A stretch of DNA of 64,000 bases from Xylographa opegraphella. Its lineage: Eukaryota. The position numbers were made by a program, and so were the translations under genes. Shown piece after piece: positions 10,780 through 23,919 of this stretch. The stretch's first letter is position 1, and the number at the start of each line of letters is the position of its first letter. The stretch lies in the NCBI GenBank assembly GCA_022813865.1, contig JALDZX010000001.1:434001-498000 (forward strand), given 5' to 3'. The notes beneath the pieces are model-generated. The model was not told the origin of the DNA and ran no database searches. It was given only the letters and a program-made list of their open reading frames with translations.

Positions 10780-12540
10780 TTCGGCACGCAAGATACCACT
10801 CCTTTTCACCCTATCGTGATTTGGCTACAAGAAATTTCACGATTCTCAGCAACTGTTGCTTTTTTCCCACAGTCCAGAGGATCCATCAGCACTTTAATAA
10901 CGATTGATCGAGCAACCTTCGATCGAGCACCCTTCAGCCGAGAGCTGTTTACTGTAGCCGACTAATGGCCATGTAGCCTCCTTCCCTCTCCGAAGAACGC
11001 CACGTAGATGGGCTGGCCCAACACACAGACACAGCTATTCGAAGTCGAGCATCGTGCTGGTCCAAAAGCCGCCTTCATGATTGGACTGTGGGAATTGGGA
11101 GAGACCGAAAACGGCAATCTTGGATCGAAGTCTCGAAGTTCAGCCAGCCACGTTCCGAGTGGGAAGCACATTGATGAGAACCGGTAACCCGCTAAATTTT
11201 CCTACAGAATTCTCCGTGGTACTACTCCGTACGTAGTAGTAGATACACCGCCTCAGGAATGGCTGACTGGTCTGACTTCGTACCGCAGAAGTCAGAGAAG
11301 CACTAAAGCCGTCCAGACTCATTATTGCCTGAGACCGTCGTGGAGGGTCTCGACCATGGCCACGGGTCGGCTGGAAATGGCTTTATTGGGATATGATCGA
11401 ACTTCCCTACTATTATAAAGTCATTAGCAGGAAACTTGCGTATAGACTAGTTGGCGAGCGGTATGAGGATCATCCGTCAAAAAGCTGGATTCAATCTTCA
11501 GCGATTAGCCGATCGGGGCGGGCGACATATCTGGATATTCGTGATATGGGTTTAATGTGAATGAAGAGGAAGGGAATAATGGGGAGAACACGGTTAGAGG
11601 ACGAAACGTCTTACTGCGTAAGGTATTAGTGACCTCGCTTACCAAAACTTGACATGGTTCGAGATTGCCCGAACCCGAAGCCGAGGCTCAGGCTCAGGCC
11701 CAGGGCCAGGCCCAGCCCAGCATTTGTGATTAGCGGTGAGCTTAAGCTCATAGTGAAGACCCCTTTATCTCCTCCATTCTCTGTGGAACCGTGCCTAAAG
11801 TACGGAGCGTATGCCTCAGCGAGCCGTCGAGAAAGCATCATTTGGTGCATGATACGGTACGAAGTACATCGAATCAAAATATCACTGTTAAACGCTTTTT
11901 CTTTCCCCGTCTTCATTTTCCACACATTACCCGAGCATCCGTACGTTCCTCGACAATATACTTCACGTACATGGAGTAGACTGCCATTTACCTACCTTGC
12001 TGTAGCTGTGAAGCGCAGAGGACCCCAGTGCACTTTCTTGACTTCAACCCAACACTTGGGGGAGGCTTTGTCGAGACTACAGTCTTCCAGAGGTATAGCA
12101 AATGAAGGCGTCTCTACTAGTTAATGCGCCTCCTGTGCTGGGAGAAAAGACTTCAGTTGTGAATGCGGCTTCCCTAAATATGGAGTATGTTTCGATTGAT
12201 GAGTTTTGGGTGATGGGACTGGACTTGCTTGCCCGTCTTGAGCAACAGCCAGATTAAGAGACTGGCGTTGACGATTGTCGGTGTTCGTTTCTATATCCTA
12301 GAAACAGTATGGGAAGTCTCCGCATGGAAACCCAGCGAACTACTTGATCTGAGAAACCACATTTTCATTGCATTATTGTTTGGTGGTCTAGCAATTTTAC
12401 CAATTCGGATGTATATTTCACACACTAGCAGATAATTTGCGTTTTCGCTTTCACAAACCCATACTTCTCACATATGTGCTTGAGGCCCCCCCCACCCCAA
12501 CGCCTTCTTCCATTGACAGTTTTGTTATATCTCGGGGCAC

Positions 12541-13628
12541 GTGATAAATCAGTATCTGGCAGTTCAAGTGAAGGCATTGAAACATGTCGATAAGCTGGCC
12601 ATCAATCAAGCTCTGGAGAACATAAGAGACCCCTGTCCGCCACTCTACAGCAAGTACATCGAACTTACCAGCAGCACCGATACACGCACTTCCTGGATCA
12701 GTCCATTTCTTAGCGACAACAACTGCGTACGTTCTGCTATAGCACTGTCAATACCCTATCTTGACCATTCGCGGCCTCCGCCCAAAGGCTGTGAAAAGGA
12801 CGACTACCCCAAGCCGCATCAATCCTACAACGACGAACTCGCTCGCTTTCTCGAACCTCGCCCGTACATCAACTACCAAGTCGTTCAGATTCTTTACGGA
12901 CTTGCCACGGGATTACGACTACCCAGGCCGGAATGATGTTAAAGGTTTCGCGTCCCTGCAGGAACGACATGAACAATATTACACTGCAAATTGAGAGCTC
13001 CAACAAGCTAGCCAGGCATTGTAATCTGTTGTTGTTGTTGCTGCCGAGGTGATGGAGAAAGAAGAGGCATCCATTGTAGATCAGATGGAAGGGCTGAGAA
13101 AGCTGTACGAGATGAGCTTCTACCAGTTGGCGGTGGAGAAGCTCGTCCAAGGGCGCAACCGTGGCTCTGAAAACTTGAGTGCATCGAAACAGCGCTTTAT
13201 AGAGAACGAGCTTTCGTTTCTGCTGAAGATTGAGTAGTGGTACTGTAAGCGAGAAAAGGAGGAAATCCGACTGACGAAGGAGATGGCAGCGGGGAGCGAC
13301 GTACAGATAGGGAAAATGGAGAAGCACGTCGAGTGTATGATGGACAGGCTGTTAAGTGGGATTGAGCCGCGGGACACGGGATGATGAGGTACTAATGGAT
13401 GTCGAGACGGCGGCAGCTCAATGGGTTGGACATCTCAACGCTTCCGAAGCGATCCGGAAGGAGATCCACGATATATGCGATGATGTATCGGAGCTGCGGG
13501 TGGAAGGTGGGCCTGAGAGCCTTTGTATAGCATGTCCAGATGTACTCGATTGGAGAAACGAGGTAATGGATGTAGGGTCGAACGGTAAGACGGAAATTCC
13601 AGCCGGAATAATAGCGATGTTGCGGTAG
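12541..13628 (+). pseudogene. Decayed coiled-coil protein gene
   Basis: One frame from about 12900 to 13383 reads as protein through three stops (TAN*ELQQASQAL*SVVVV...LLKIE*WYCKREKEEIRL), with frameshifts on either side. Intron-like GTACGT...CTTGAC...AAG at about 12726-12787. Confidence 0.55.
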
Positions 13629-14114
13629 TGGTAATATGTTGAAAGTGCTTCGACTGAGACTCTGTGCACAATGATTCTATGGTCTTTACGAGGACGACTC
13701 ATGGTGTGCTTCAGGTGCTAACTCGGATTCCTGGTCCAGCTTGAGGTAGATATCTGGATAACCACCAGTTTCAGGTTGATCAAGGGAGGTCAGGCACCTA
13801 ACAAGTCAACTAGTTGCTAGCCGAGCCCGTTTCCAACAATGAATTTTTCTTGAATTCGTGCACCCAAATTCGTGAATTTCGCACCCACTAGAGACAGAAA
13901 AGAAATTTCGTCTCCATGGACAGGCTAGGCACTGTTTGTCCTTGGCAATGCTCAGCGACACATCATCATCTGCCGCGAAGAAAAAGTGTATCCCGTATCA
14001 TGTTATATCCCCTGCAGCGATCGGTACCATTGACGTTGAGTGATCGACTTTTCGGTTAAATCGATATCGTCAAACAGAGTGCGATTTTTCCACTTATATT
14101 TATTTACTTTGAGA

Positions 14115-16248
14115 ATGCCTACAGTGACGAACCCCTCTGCTTGCATTCTGGATATAACGAAGTGGCTCCAGCTAGGGGGAGGCTTCATACACCCTGCCGT
14201 GGAGATTGTGCACAGCAACGATGCCAATGGTTACTCTCTACGAGTTCGAGCAACCCATGAGGTGTGTGAAGGAAGCCGGATAGCCTTGTGCCCTAGCAGC
14301 CTGACGATGTCGGTGCGAAGTATGGAAAGAGCAGAGCAGCATTGGCCAGAAGAATTCATGTCGTGCTTTATGCAATCTCCAGAGGTCTTGACCCGGTTCT
14401 TCTTGATGGAGCAATTTCTCATAGCGGAGAACTCGTTCTGGTATCCCTACATCAGAATGCTGCCTCAACCTGCAGATGATGCTCTGGATACTCCAATGTT
14501 TTATACTTCAGAGGATTGTGCCTGGATCAGAGGAACGAATTTGGAGGGTGCCCGAAAGGCGAGGCTCGGGCAATGGAAGCAGGAGTACCAAAAGGCGGTG
14601 GACTTGTTGAAATCTAGCGACATGTCTCGTTACGAGTTGTTACGGGAGAACTGGTGAGCTCAATTTGACTGTGCTTCGAACAAAAGTTGACATTAGGAGG
14701 GAGCTCTACATTTGGGCGGCCACCATCTTGACTTCACGTTGCTTCTCAAGTAACGCTTTCGCCTTGGACAACATGGAACCAAAATACATTTCCAATGTCA
14801 GCACTCCAGAGCAAAGGCTGCCCCTAACTTTTCCAAGCCCTACCGTCTACCCGGTCCTGCTCCCCGTCCTTGATTTTGGTAACCATGACCCTTCTGCCGG
14901 AGTGTACTGGAAAATGCAAGGTTCGTCCTATTCGTTCATCGTCAATGAAACCCTAAAGAATGGCAAGGAGATTTGCATAAGCTATGACAACAAGGGCAAC
15001 GAAGAGCGTAAGTCATTCATCATCTACGCGCTCACCCTGTTGGTGCTGACGATGAAGCACACAGTCATCATGGGATATGGATTCAGTCTATTCAACAATC
15101 CCAAAGACGCCTTTCGGCTTCTCCTGAAATCTACCGCTACTTCGAGGAACCTTACAAAAGCACGAGACATGCAGCAAGAACTACAGCAGCACCAGATAGA
15201 AACCTCTCCTGGCCCAAGCGCGTCACACGGCCTCGACGAACCACTCCATACCAAGCACACGTCAACCGAAGCCTGCAGTGCTCCTCCGGCCCCACTCCCC
15301 AGCTGCAGCCCCGACATATTCCTCCTCTACCCCGCCGACTCCACCACCTCCTTCGTCGCCAACAACCTCCCCCTCATCGACACCTTCTCCATCCTCGTCG
15401 CCAACGCGCGCGAGCTCCGCACCATCTCCATCTCCCCCACGCGCATCACCATCCCCTCCCCACTCCACCCCCCAACACACAACCTCCTCCGCCTAAGCAG
15501 CCTCCTCCTCACCGAACTAAGCCGCAAACACAGCGCCATAACTACGCACACCCCCTCCCTCCCCCTCTACCCCACCACCACCCGCCAATTCCACGCCGCC
15601 CGCTACCGCCGCCGCCAGCTCCACATCCTAGCCACCAACATACACGCCCTGCACACCCTCCTGCACGGCGCCAACACCCCCACCACGCACCTACTCCGCC
15701 TCGAGGACATCCTCGCCAAACCCGCCTCCGCCGGGCAGCCACCGAACCAGCTCCGCGCGGCCATCCACCACATCCTCCGCACGCGCTCCCCGCACCGCAT
15801 CCGCGCCCTCGGGCACGAGGACCTCGTCTTCACCCTGTGGCTGTGCGCCGAGTGGCTGCGCCGCGAGCCGCTGCCGTTCGACAAGCCCGCGACGGGCTTC
15901 CGCGCGCTGCTGCGTCGCTGGCTGCGCTGTCTCGAGACGGACTATGGCGTCCCGCCGTCGGGGCCGGTGGTGCATAGCTTGGAGGGAAGTCTCTCGGGTG
16001 CTGACGATGCTGCTCACGGCGACGACGACGACGATGACGGAGACGAGCGCACAGTCATTGCGGCTTCGTACTTGGTGGTTGTGAAAGCGGTGGCGGAGAC
16101 GGCGCCGGGGTCGGTGTTTGCGGACAGGAGGTGGAGCGTGGAGTTGTTGCAGTGGGGGTTGGGGATCGTGCAGGAGGAGGGGGTCGTGGTGCCGGGAGGG
16201 ACGGATGGGGAGGAGGATGAGTTTGTGCTTTTTGTGGGGCAGTGGTGA
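14115..16248 (+). CDS. SET-domain protein lysine methyltransferase (Efm1/Rkm-like); introns 14654-14696 and 15008-15064
   Basis: WLQLGGGFIHP, FWYPYIRMLPQP, WIRGTNL, LYIWAATILTSRCF, LLPVLDFGNH and SYDNKGNEE(L)IMGYGF after splicing. Confidence 0.88.
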
Positions 16249-16761
16249 GGAGGGGAGAAGGAGAGGAGACGGGACGGACTGTATGAGGTTCTGGGCTGAG
16301 GCTGAGGGAGTGTGGGTTATATAGGACGAAATGCCGGTAATCCTGACGCTTGGGAGTTTTCGATGTCGATCTCGTATAGTTGTCAAGTCACTTTCGAAAT
16401 TTGCAGAAAGGGAGCACATAGTTGAAACAGACATTAGATATATACATATCCCCCGCTATGCATCCGCCCGGTGGATCTCGCTGGAGATCGATCCGTGGTG
16501 ACATGCCCCCGTGAAATGCCCATGGTGCTCGTGACCATCGTGATCGTAAGAATCGTAAAGCATAAAAATGACACGCTGAAACGCTGTACATGAGACAAAG
16601 ATGGTGGTGGCCGTGATCGAGCAAGCGGACAAGGAAAGCAGGGGGTACATCGTCGATGCGTACTCCTGCAGCACCGAATATGCAGGCGTCGAAGACGCTC
16701 TGCGACGCAGACGTATGCTTTTTGGTATGACATTAAGATTTAGAGAGATGGAGCCGGAAGA

Positions 16762-19192
16762 TCAGTTGGCCCGAATGACTAGTTTCGAGACAAATTTGTT
16801 GGAGAGTGAGTCGAAGTCGTTGCGGTCGAAGACGGCTTGAGATCGAGTACGTAAGTATTTTTCTACCTCGTGTTAGCCACTGATCACTAAGACTACAGCG
16901 AGAAGACCTACCATGCTGGAGGACATGGCCCTTGACTTCCTCCATTGCGTCGCAAACTGCAGGATCCGAGTGCAGGAGCATGTTGTGCTTTCGGTAGTCC
17001 CACTCACTGAAGGACGGAAGCTTTGTTGAGATAGCTTGGAAGAGGCCGACGATGACGCCGACCGGCGTGGTCTCCATGTCGTTACAAAACTTGTCGACGG
17101 CAGCGACATCCTGCGCGCGTGAGAATGATGCTTAGGGTTGGAAGTAAAACAACTTACCGGTACCTTGTAGTGACTATCAAATTGCATCTCCTCCCAAACG
17201 GTAAGAAGAATAGTGGCAAGCAAGAATATTGTCGGCCAATTCTTAAGCTTGTCCTTTCCATAGACACTTGAATAAAGGGACGAGAGTTCCTCGAGAATTT
17301 CTCGCTGCAGCTCTCGCCACATATCGGCCATGGCACACTTGATTTGGAAGTTGATCATGACCGGGGCAATAGTCTGACCGTTCCATTTTGATTTCGGATC
17401 ACGCACCAATCCTTCAAAGCCTTCCTCTACTGGAACACCTCCTACCATCGTAACGTGCTGAGTAAGATTGTAAGCAAGAACAAGTTTCAATGCTTTTCTG
17501 ATGACTGGAATCCTCGCATTTAGCCAGTAATGATATGCTGTGATCAATATACCGGTAATGAACGGAGTGCCTTCAAAGTAGCTGTTGATAAAAAGGTCAA
17601 AGCCGCTGTCAATATGTCTGTCGAGGTAATCAGACAGCACTTGTGGAGATACCCCATTGGCACCCGCCGTGAGCTTGGCGGTGTTTACCACAAATTCGTC
17701 TAATTTGTCTTGAGCGGCTTGCTCAACCCAGTCGAGACAAAACACCCTTTCATCCCGAACATATATCTCCCGCGCTTGTATAGGCATGAAATGACCATAC
17801 CCGTGGGTGATCAGAAGCAACCTCTCGTGGTCCGAGAACCCTTTGATGTTGCCGACGGAATTGCCAAGGGTGACGTGCCGTTTGTAATCAGCGTTCCAGT
17901 CCTTCATGAAATAGGCGATATCCTTGATGTCTATTCTTGTGCATGGTACTTGCCAAAGGCGAGCATGTGATGGTTGGCATCCTGCGCATGGCTCCCCGAT
18001 GTCACACTGAGGCAGATTAGCAGGAGACCAAAATATGCGTGCCACGGATGGTATCTACAGTTTTCTTGAGAAACTTGCACCGTAGGCAAGCTCCCAATTT
18101 TCGGATTTCACAAGCTTGCTTTCGCTGTTCAGGCCTCAACGGACCCTTCCTTCTTCCAACTCGCTTCTCCGTCTCAGTCTTTGCGGCGTGGGGAGGCGAC
18201 CGTTTCGAAACAGCTTTACTCGACTTTGCGGGTGGGTTTTTACGTGCTTGCCTTCGAGACGTAGGGGACACCGGAGACCGTGTAGGCGACGTGGCTTGGG
18301 GTGTTGGTGCTGCGTGTACGAAAGCGCTGGTGTGAGTGACGGGCGCGCTAGGCTGCTCGACTTCATAGTAAGCGTTGTCCGAATAAAATTCAGCGTCGCC
18401 ATCAGTGCTCGGCGAGTTGATGAAATGTGGTACCTCGACATACTCGCCGGAGGTTCGGGAGTGCTGCTCGATATCAGAATACGAGGAGTCCGAGAATGTG
18501 CGAGGATGAAGGGTTTGCTCCGGATTGGAGATGGCATTCATGTTTTGGCGTATGAAATCAATCGTTGTCCAACCATTGTCACTTCTCGAAAGCGACCTGA
18601 CTTCAAGCTGACTGTCACTCAAATATGTATCGCTAGGCGAACCGACGGGGAAGACGTGCCGGGTTGAGTTGATGTCCGGCAGACCATGCGTTGGGTATGG
18701 CATGAGGTCGGTCAATTCGCTCCAGTTGAACGGAATCTGGGTCATGTCCATATTCCCTTGCATCGGATGCATGCTGCCTTCAGGGTCGAGGTAAGAGCTT
18801 TCCATACTGAGGCCGGCGGTAAGGTTGGCTTCTATGCTGGCTTCAAGGCTGGTATGTGGAGGCATGTAATCGATCGGAGAATGCTGGAACGTCGAGCTAT
18901 ACGGTGCGTAAACTTGCTGAGGAAATGGAGTGGTATCCAGTACGTAGGACGAGGTCGGGCACTGGGAGACCATGTCCCATTGCGGCATCAACGCGGCTGG
19001 CGCAGCATGACTTGAAGTCTGTTGGTAGGATTCATTGTTGGATTGCACTGGCAAAGGACTCGTTGACCGCTTCAGCGTCTGGGACGGGTGAGGATTACTT
19101 TGCGGCATGGGCCATGATAGCCGCTGGTTGTACTGGTACTGAGTGTTGTGCGGGTCGTAGTCGAAGCCCACGAGGCCATCCGGGTTGGCCAT
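16762..19192 (-). CDS. Zn(II)2Cys6 transcription factor, 3 introns in the CDS
   Basis: Spliced cluster ACLRCKFLKKT-CDIGEPCAGCQPSHARLWQVPC preceded by basic RRKGPLRPEQRK. The C-terminus splices to ...FDSLSNKFVSKLVIRAN* with the stop at 16762-16764. Confidence 0.9.
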
Positions 19193-20166
19193 GCTGAGGA
19201 AGCGACGATGCTCACCGTGATGGATGAGAGTAAGAAGGCAGCAGGAGCTGTTTGATGGCGCTCGAATTGTGGGTGACCGGGTCCAGGAGGGGCTTGGGAG
19301 AACAGCGGTGAACAAGCGGGCAGGGGTGCGGTCAAGCTACTCCTCAGCGAGTTAGGGCACCCTAGACCCCGCATTAGCTCACTGGCTCGACCTCGATGTT
19401 CCGGGGCAATGATTGGGCCAGCCGCGGGGGCGTGGGGGATGAAGATGATACCGAACCTGTTGGAGAGGACGGGTCATCATGGGCCGCCGGGCCATGGCAC
19501 GACGGGTCCAGGGGGTGTGGCTGGCTGGGCGGCGTGGTCGATCATAAGCCGGATCAGTAACAGAGGCCTTCTCCATCAGGGCAAACACTCGGCAATCTTG
19601 TCAATGAAAGCAAACCCAGTCAGGCCAGCATTAATTATTGTTTATTAGGGCACGGAGTATCACGTTGAACCAGCAGTAGCTTTAGACTCGTGTTCTGGCA
19701 AAGGCTGAATGATATGTCGTGCAGGCTGGGGTTGCACAACTGATCGGTCGGACAAGTCCGTTGCGATGACCAACTTACCTATCCATGCTGTCAAAGCTGA
19801 GCGCATGATGCTCCGAATACACGCTTGACACGCGATAGCCATGGCTGCATCAGTGCGATTTCTCTGTGATGTGACCTGTCGTCTGCTTGGACTCCCTTGC
19901 TTCTGTGGCTGTTGATGAAGTGAGCGATAAAAGCGAGCGGGGATAGGAGCCGGTTATGTGGGCCATGACGGTAGAGTCTGCCAGGGAGGAGACGATACTT
20001 CGGGATTGTAGACGGTGACAGTCTGGTGCCAAACGACGTGATAAATTGAATCTATAGCATTAATTACTCTCTATCACGGACCAGCTAGGCAGAGAAAGGT
20101 GGCCGGAATGATTCACGCTTCCGCAAAATTTAGACAATCTCGAATTCTTGTTTCAAACATTCTTGA

Positions 20167-22087
20167 ATGTCAGCTGCTTTCAAGTCAACTACACGTGGTA
20201 GGCGACGCAAGGTGATCTTCCACCACAACACATACAATACAAGGCAAACAGAACATGCAGCTTCGAATCAGGATGACGAATCGACGTTATCTGTCAATAC
20301 ACAAAACCAGAAACTAAGAACAATGCGTGCAGGCGTGCATGACATGGCATCTGGACTAGCACCGTTGTCGGTGCCACCTCTCTTTCGATCACTCCCCAAA
20401 ATCCAAGATAGTCTGGCTACTGAGACTTCAATCTCACAAGAAGAGACTGTGCACGTATGTCTTCCTTATCTCACAGGGACGGATGATACCCAGGACCTTT
20501 CGAAACTCGGATTGCCGCACCTGGAACGTGAAAAGCACATCAAGTTCCTGCAAGCCAGTCTCGAGGCTTTGCCGAGCAACTTTGTTGCGTATGATGCCAG
20601 TCGACCTTGGATCGTCTATTGGGCTTTGAACGGGCTTACATTACTTGGGTCGGATATCTCCCAGTATCGCCAGGGGTGCATCTCCCATTGACAACCCAGA
20701 AAATCATACAGGTATTGCTAACCGATATTTTCCAATAGCGTTATAGATACATTCTCGGCTTCACAGAATGCTGATGGCGGCTTTGGTGGTGGCTTTGGGC
20801 AATTGTCTCATTGTGCTGCATCTTATGCTGCCATATTGTCTCTTTCGATGGTTGGGGGCAGGGAAGTCTTGGATTTGATTGACCGCAGGGCTTTGTAGGT
20901 CCACCCTGTCCATATCTGGTGTATATGCTCATACTTTCTTCCTTGAAGATGGAAGTGGCTCGGTCGGCTCAAACAGATGGATGGTGGATTCGCAGTCGTT
21001 CAGGGTGGAGAAGTTGATGTGCGGTGGGTTCAGATATATGACTTAAGCTCTAGACACGGGATCTGGTTGACGCTGACGTTGGTAGTGGATCGTACTGCGC
21101 GCTGGTAATGTTATCGCTGCTCTGTCTACCATTAGACCTGCCCCATGATGCTCCGGCTCGACAATTTGGCTATACCAGTTTTCTGGATGGCCTTCCTCAG
21201 TGGCTATCCCGCTGTGAGGTCACCTCCATTCATCCGTGATGACCATGGCTAACGTCCTTTGTATAGGTCAAACTTATGAAGGAGGTATTTCATGTGCTCC
21301 TGATACAGAAGCACACGGTGCCTACGCTTTCCTTGTCATCGCCTCTTTGTGTATCTTGGGTGATCCGCATGATACTCTTCCGAAGTACGAGAATACTCGT
21401 GGTAACTGGGTGTGGGGGCTGATCATGCCGTCGACAGATATCTTGATTGCGGGTTACTTATATCTTGGATTTCCTCACGACAATATGCCCCGGAAGGAGG
21501 ATTTGCAGGGCGCACTAACAAGCTTGTTGATACGTGCTACAGCCATTGGGTAGGCGGCTGTTGGCCGATGGTCGAAGTCGCCATGGACAATACTAATCGA
21601 GATATCGACCACAGAGCGGGCACCCCAGCATCGCACGAGAGTGTAACCGGTATTTCGGACACGCCGACCCATAGCTTGTATCACCGAGAAGGACTTATCC
21701 GTTATATCTTGTGCTGCTGTCAAGCAGAATCTGGGGGGCTCCGAGACAAACCAGGGAAGTGAGTATTTTTCCTAGGGTGCTTAGCTTTTCACTGCTGACA
21801 CTCTAGCCAGACACGCCGATGCATATCATTCTTGCTATGCTCTGAGCGGACTAAGCTCGGCACAACACCGTAGTCATCTTGCTCTGATATCCGATCTGGC
21901 TAAAGGTCCTCTGGAATGGGCGTTTGGATGGTCGCAAACAAAGAAATCACAGGACGACACTGAGGCAGATATCAAGCAGATCTGTGGATCGGAAGATATA
22001 GTGGAGCCCATTCACCCGATATTTGTAATTCCATATGCAGCAGTCGAGCATACTCGATCTTTCTTTTCTAGCAAAGCGGGATTTTGA
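20167..22087 (+). CDS. RAM1: Protein farnesyltransferase beta subunit, about 7 exons
   Basis: LEREKHIKFL, YDASRPWIVYW, GGFGGGFGQLSHCAASYA, GGEVDVR, QTYEGGI, EAHGAYAF, GGFAGRTNKLVDTCYSHWVG, GGLRDKPGK-HADAYHSCYALSGLS. Confidence 0.94.
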
Positions 22088-23919
22088 CGTGGCCGTTGGA
22101 CACATGATTTTCTGTCACAAATTCACTGGTCTTGATAGAAGATTACCGTGGTGGTGTCAACCTGGGTCGAGTAACCTAGATACCTTATAAATCACGGTTA
22201 TGACTACGTAGGGTACCTAGATAACCGAACGAGCTTAGGGTTTTGCGGTTGCACGTGCACCTTTTAGCGCCTCAACCTCATTTAACTTCTTCGGAACGTT
22301 TGATTCTAGTGTTCCTCTGCCTCCATTGCAGAGAAAACGTTGCCAGTGACACGAATCGTGGTGTCCGGCACGATTCCCACTGTCGGCGCGCTTCTGTTCA
22401 TCGTGGTACATGTTGCATTGCTCTTGGCGTGCGGGCCGTTGCATTCTTTCCAACCACTAGCTGCATGACCCGCCCCAAGTGGACAACTTTTACCTTTGGT
22501 AGCTCCCTGTTCTCGAACCGTCTCCAAATCTTGCTTTCTTCCGATAGGAGCATTCAATGATTGTGTTAGGGTGGACTGCGTATTCGATAGTGTGTGGACG
22601 TAAACTTGACATGGGCAATCCACGTCGCTGAGCGGTATCCACCGAAACCTGGAGAAAGGCACGCCGACGAAACAACTGGAATTGTGAAAAATCATACGAC
22701 CTGCTGTCGGATACCGCAGGCAATGACTTTGAGTTGCTGCATTCGACCATCTGCAATATCCACCGCTCAAAGACAGCGCAATTGGTCCGAGATCCGGATT
22801 GGATCGCCAACCGCATGGCCCTGACTGCCAACTCATCATCGCATGCAATGCTTGCCAGTATGACAAGACGGTACGCCCGATTCTGCTGCCTATGCTGCTC
22901 AAAGTGCGACCGCATGCTCTGGTAACTTTCCGAACCACTATCGCATGCATACTGCACAAAGGACTCTGGACCGGCATCAAGTCAGAATCACCCAATTGCT
23001 CGATGCTCGAAGTGGCGCTCATCGCGCCTCCTCGGTACGGTTCGCCCGCAAGTCCAGCCTTAATAGCTGCCAGCGCATCAATGCAATCTTACTTCTGGAC
23101 GCGCCAAATCCGAGGATCGATCGGTGAATAACCGGCTCATTGGCCTATGTTCGTACTTGCAAGAACTTATTCTGAAGCTTTTGCACTTACTTGGGATTTC
23201 CTTGCATAAGCTGCCAGTCTTAGTGGTGATGTCGATGTTATCAGCCTCCCACGCTGCGGGGTCCAGCGCAGTTTTCCTGCAAACTCATTGACTGAGGCTC
23301 TCTCCCATAGGTCTATTAGAGACTTGGCCGGTGACGCACATATGTAGTGCGGAAGAGGAGGCAGGGCTTCTGCGAGTCAACCCCGGGCCTGGCTTCTTGA
23401 GATCGACCGGCGAATTGTATTTTATAGGACGAACATCTGAGCGCAGGCTAAAACTTCTTTACTGGCAGCCCCGGACGCCAACGCATCGGCGTGGTTGAGG
23501 TCATTGGAGCCGCAACAAGGGCAAGGTAAACTTCCGCAATGTCGTATTTTTGGGCCGTGGGAAGTAGCGATGGGCTCCGCTTTGTGGTCAATGGGTTACC
23601 GGAAGTACTTGCAGGCCTATAAAGTACTCTGAACGCTGTTTCCGCTGCTGTCTAAGTTCGCAGTTTCAACAAAAGATAAATTGAACATATGTTTCTCAGA
23701 TAAGCGAAGCTTTCATATACGGATAAGGTGTGCGGCCACTATTTCGGTCTTCGAGTCCCCGAATTGAATCCGTCCCAGCATTGCTACCTGATATACCGTC
23801 GTTGGGGAAACATTTCAATCGGGACTGGCCAGCAGCACATACACTACAGGGATCCTCTGCTGCTCAGGAACGTTACCACAGTCTCGGGCCCTACGAGATC
23901 CAGTCCAAGCCACACGGCG

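Noticed and set aside
10906..10935. 15-bp tandem duplication (GATCGAGCAACCTTC / GATCGAGCACCCTTC)
   Set aside because: Real but a trivial slippage event; the same applies to the short repeats at about 13855-13887.
11626..12435. ORFs of 99-156 aa with a short hexamer-like repeat near 11670-11720
   Set aside because: No recognisable domain or consistent exon structure.
15691..16434. Long antisense ORFs here and at 33156-33860, 35292-36050, 48707-49510 and 62520-63170
   Set aside because: Shadows of GC-rich or skewed coding sequence on the opposite strand.
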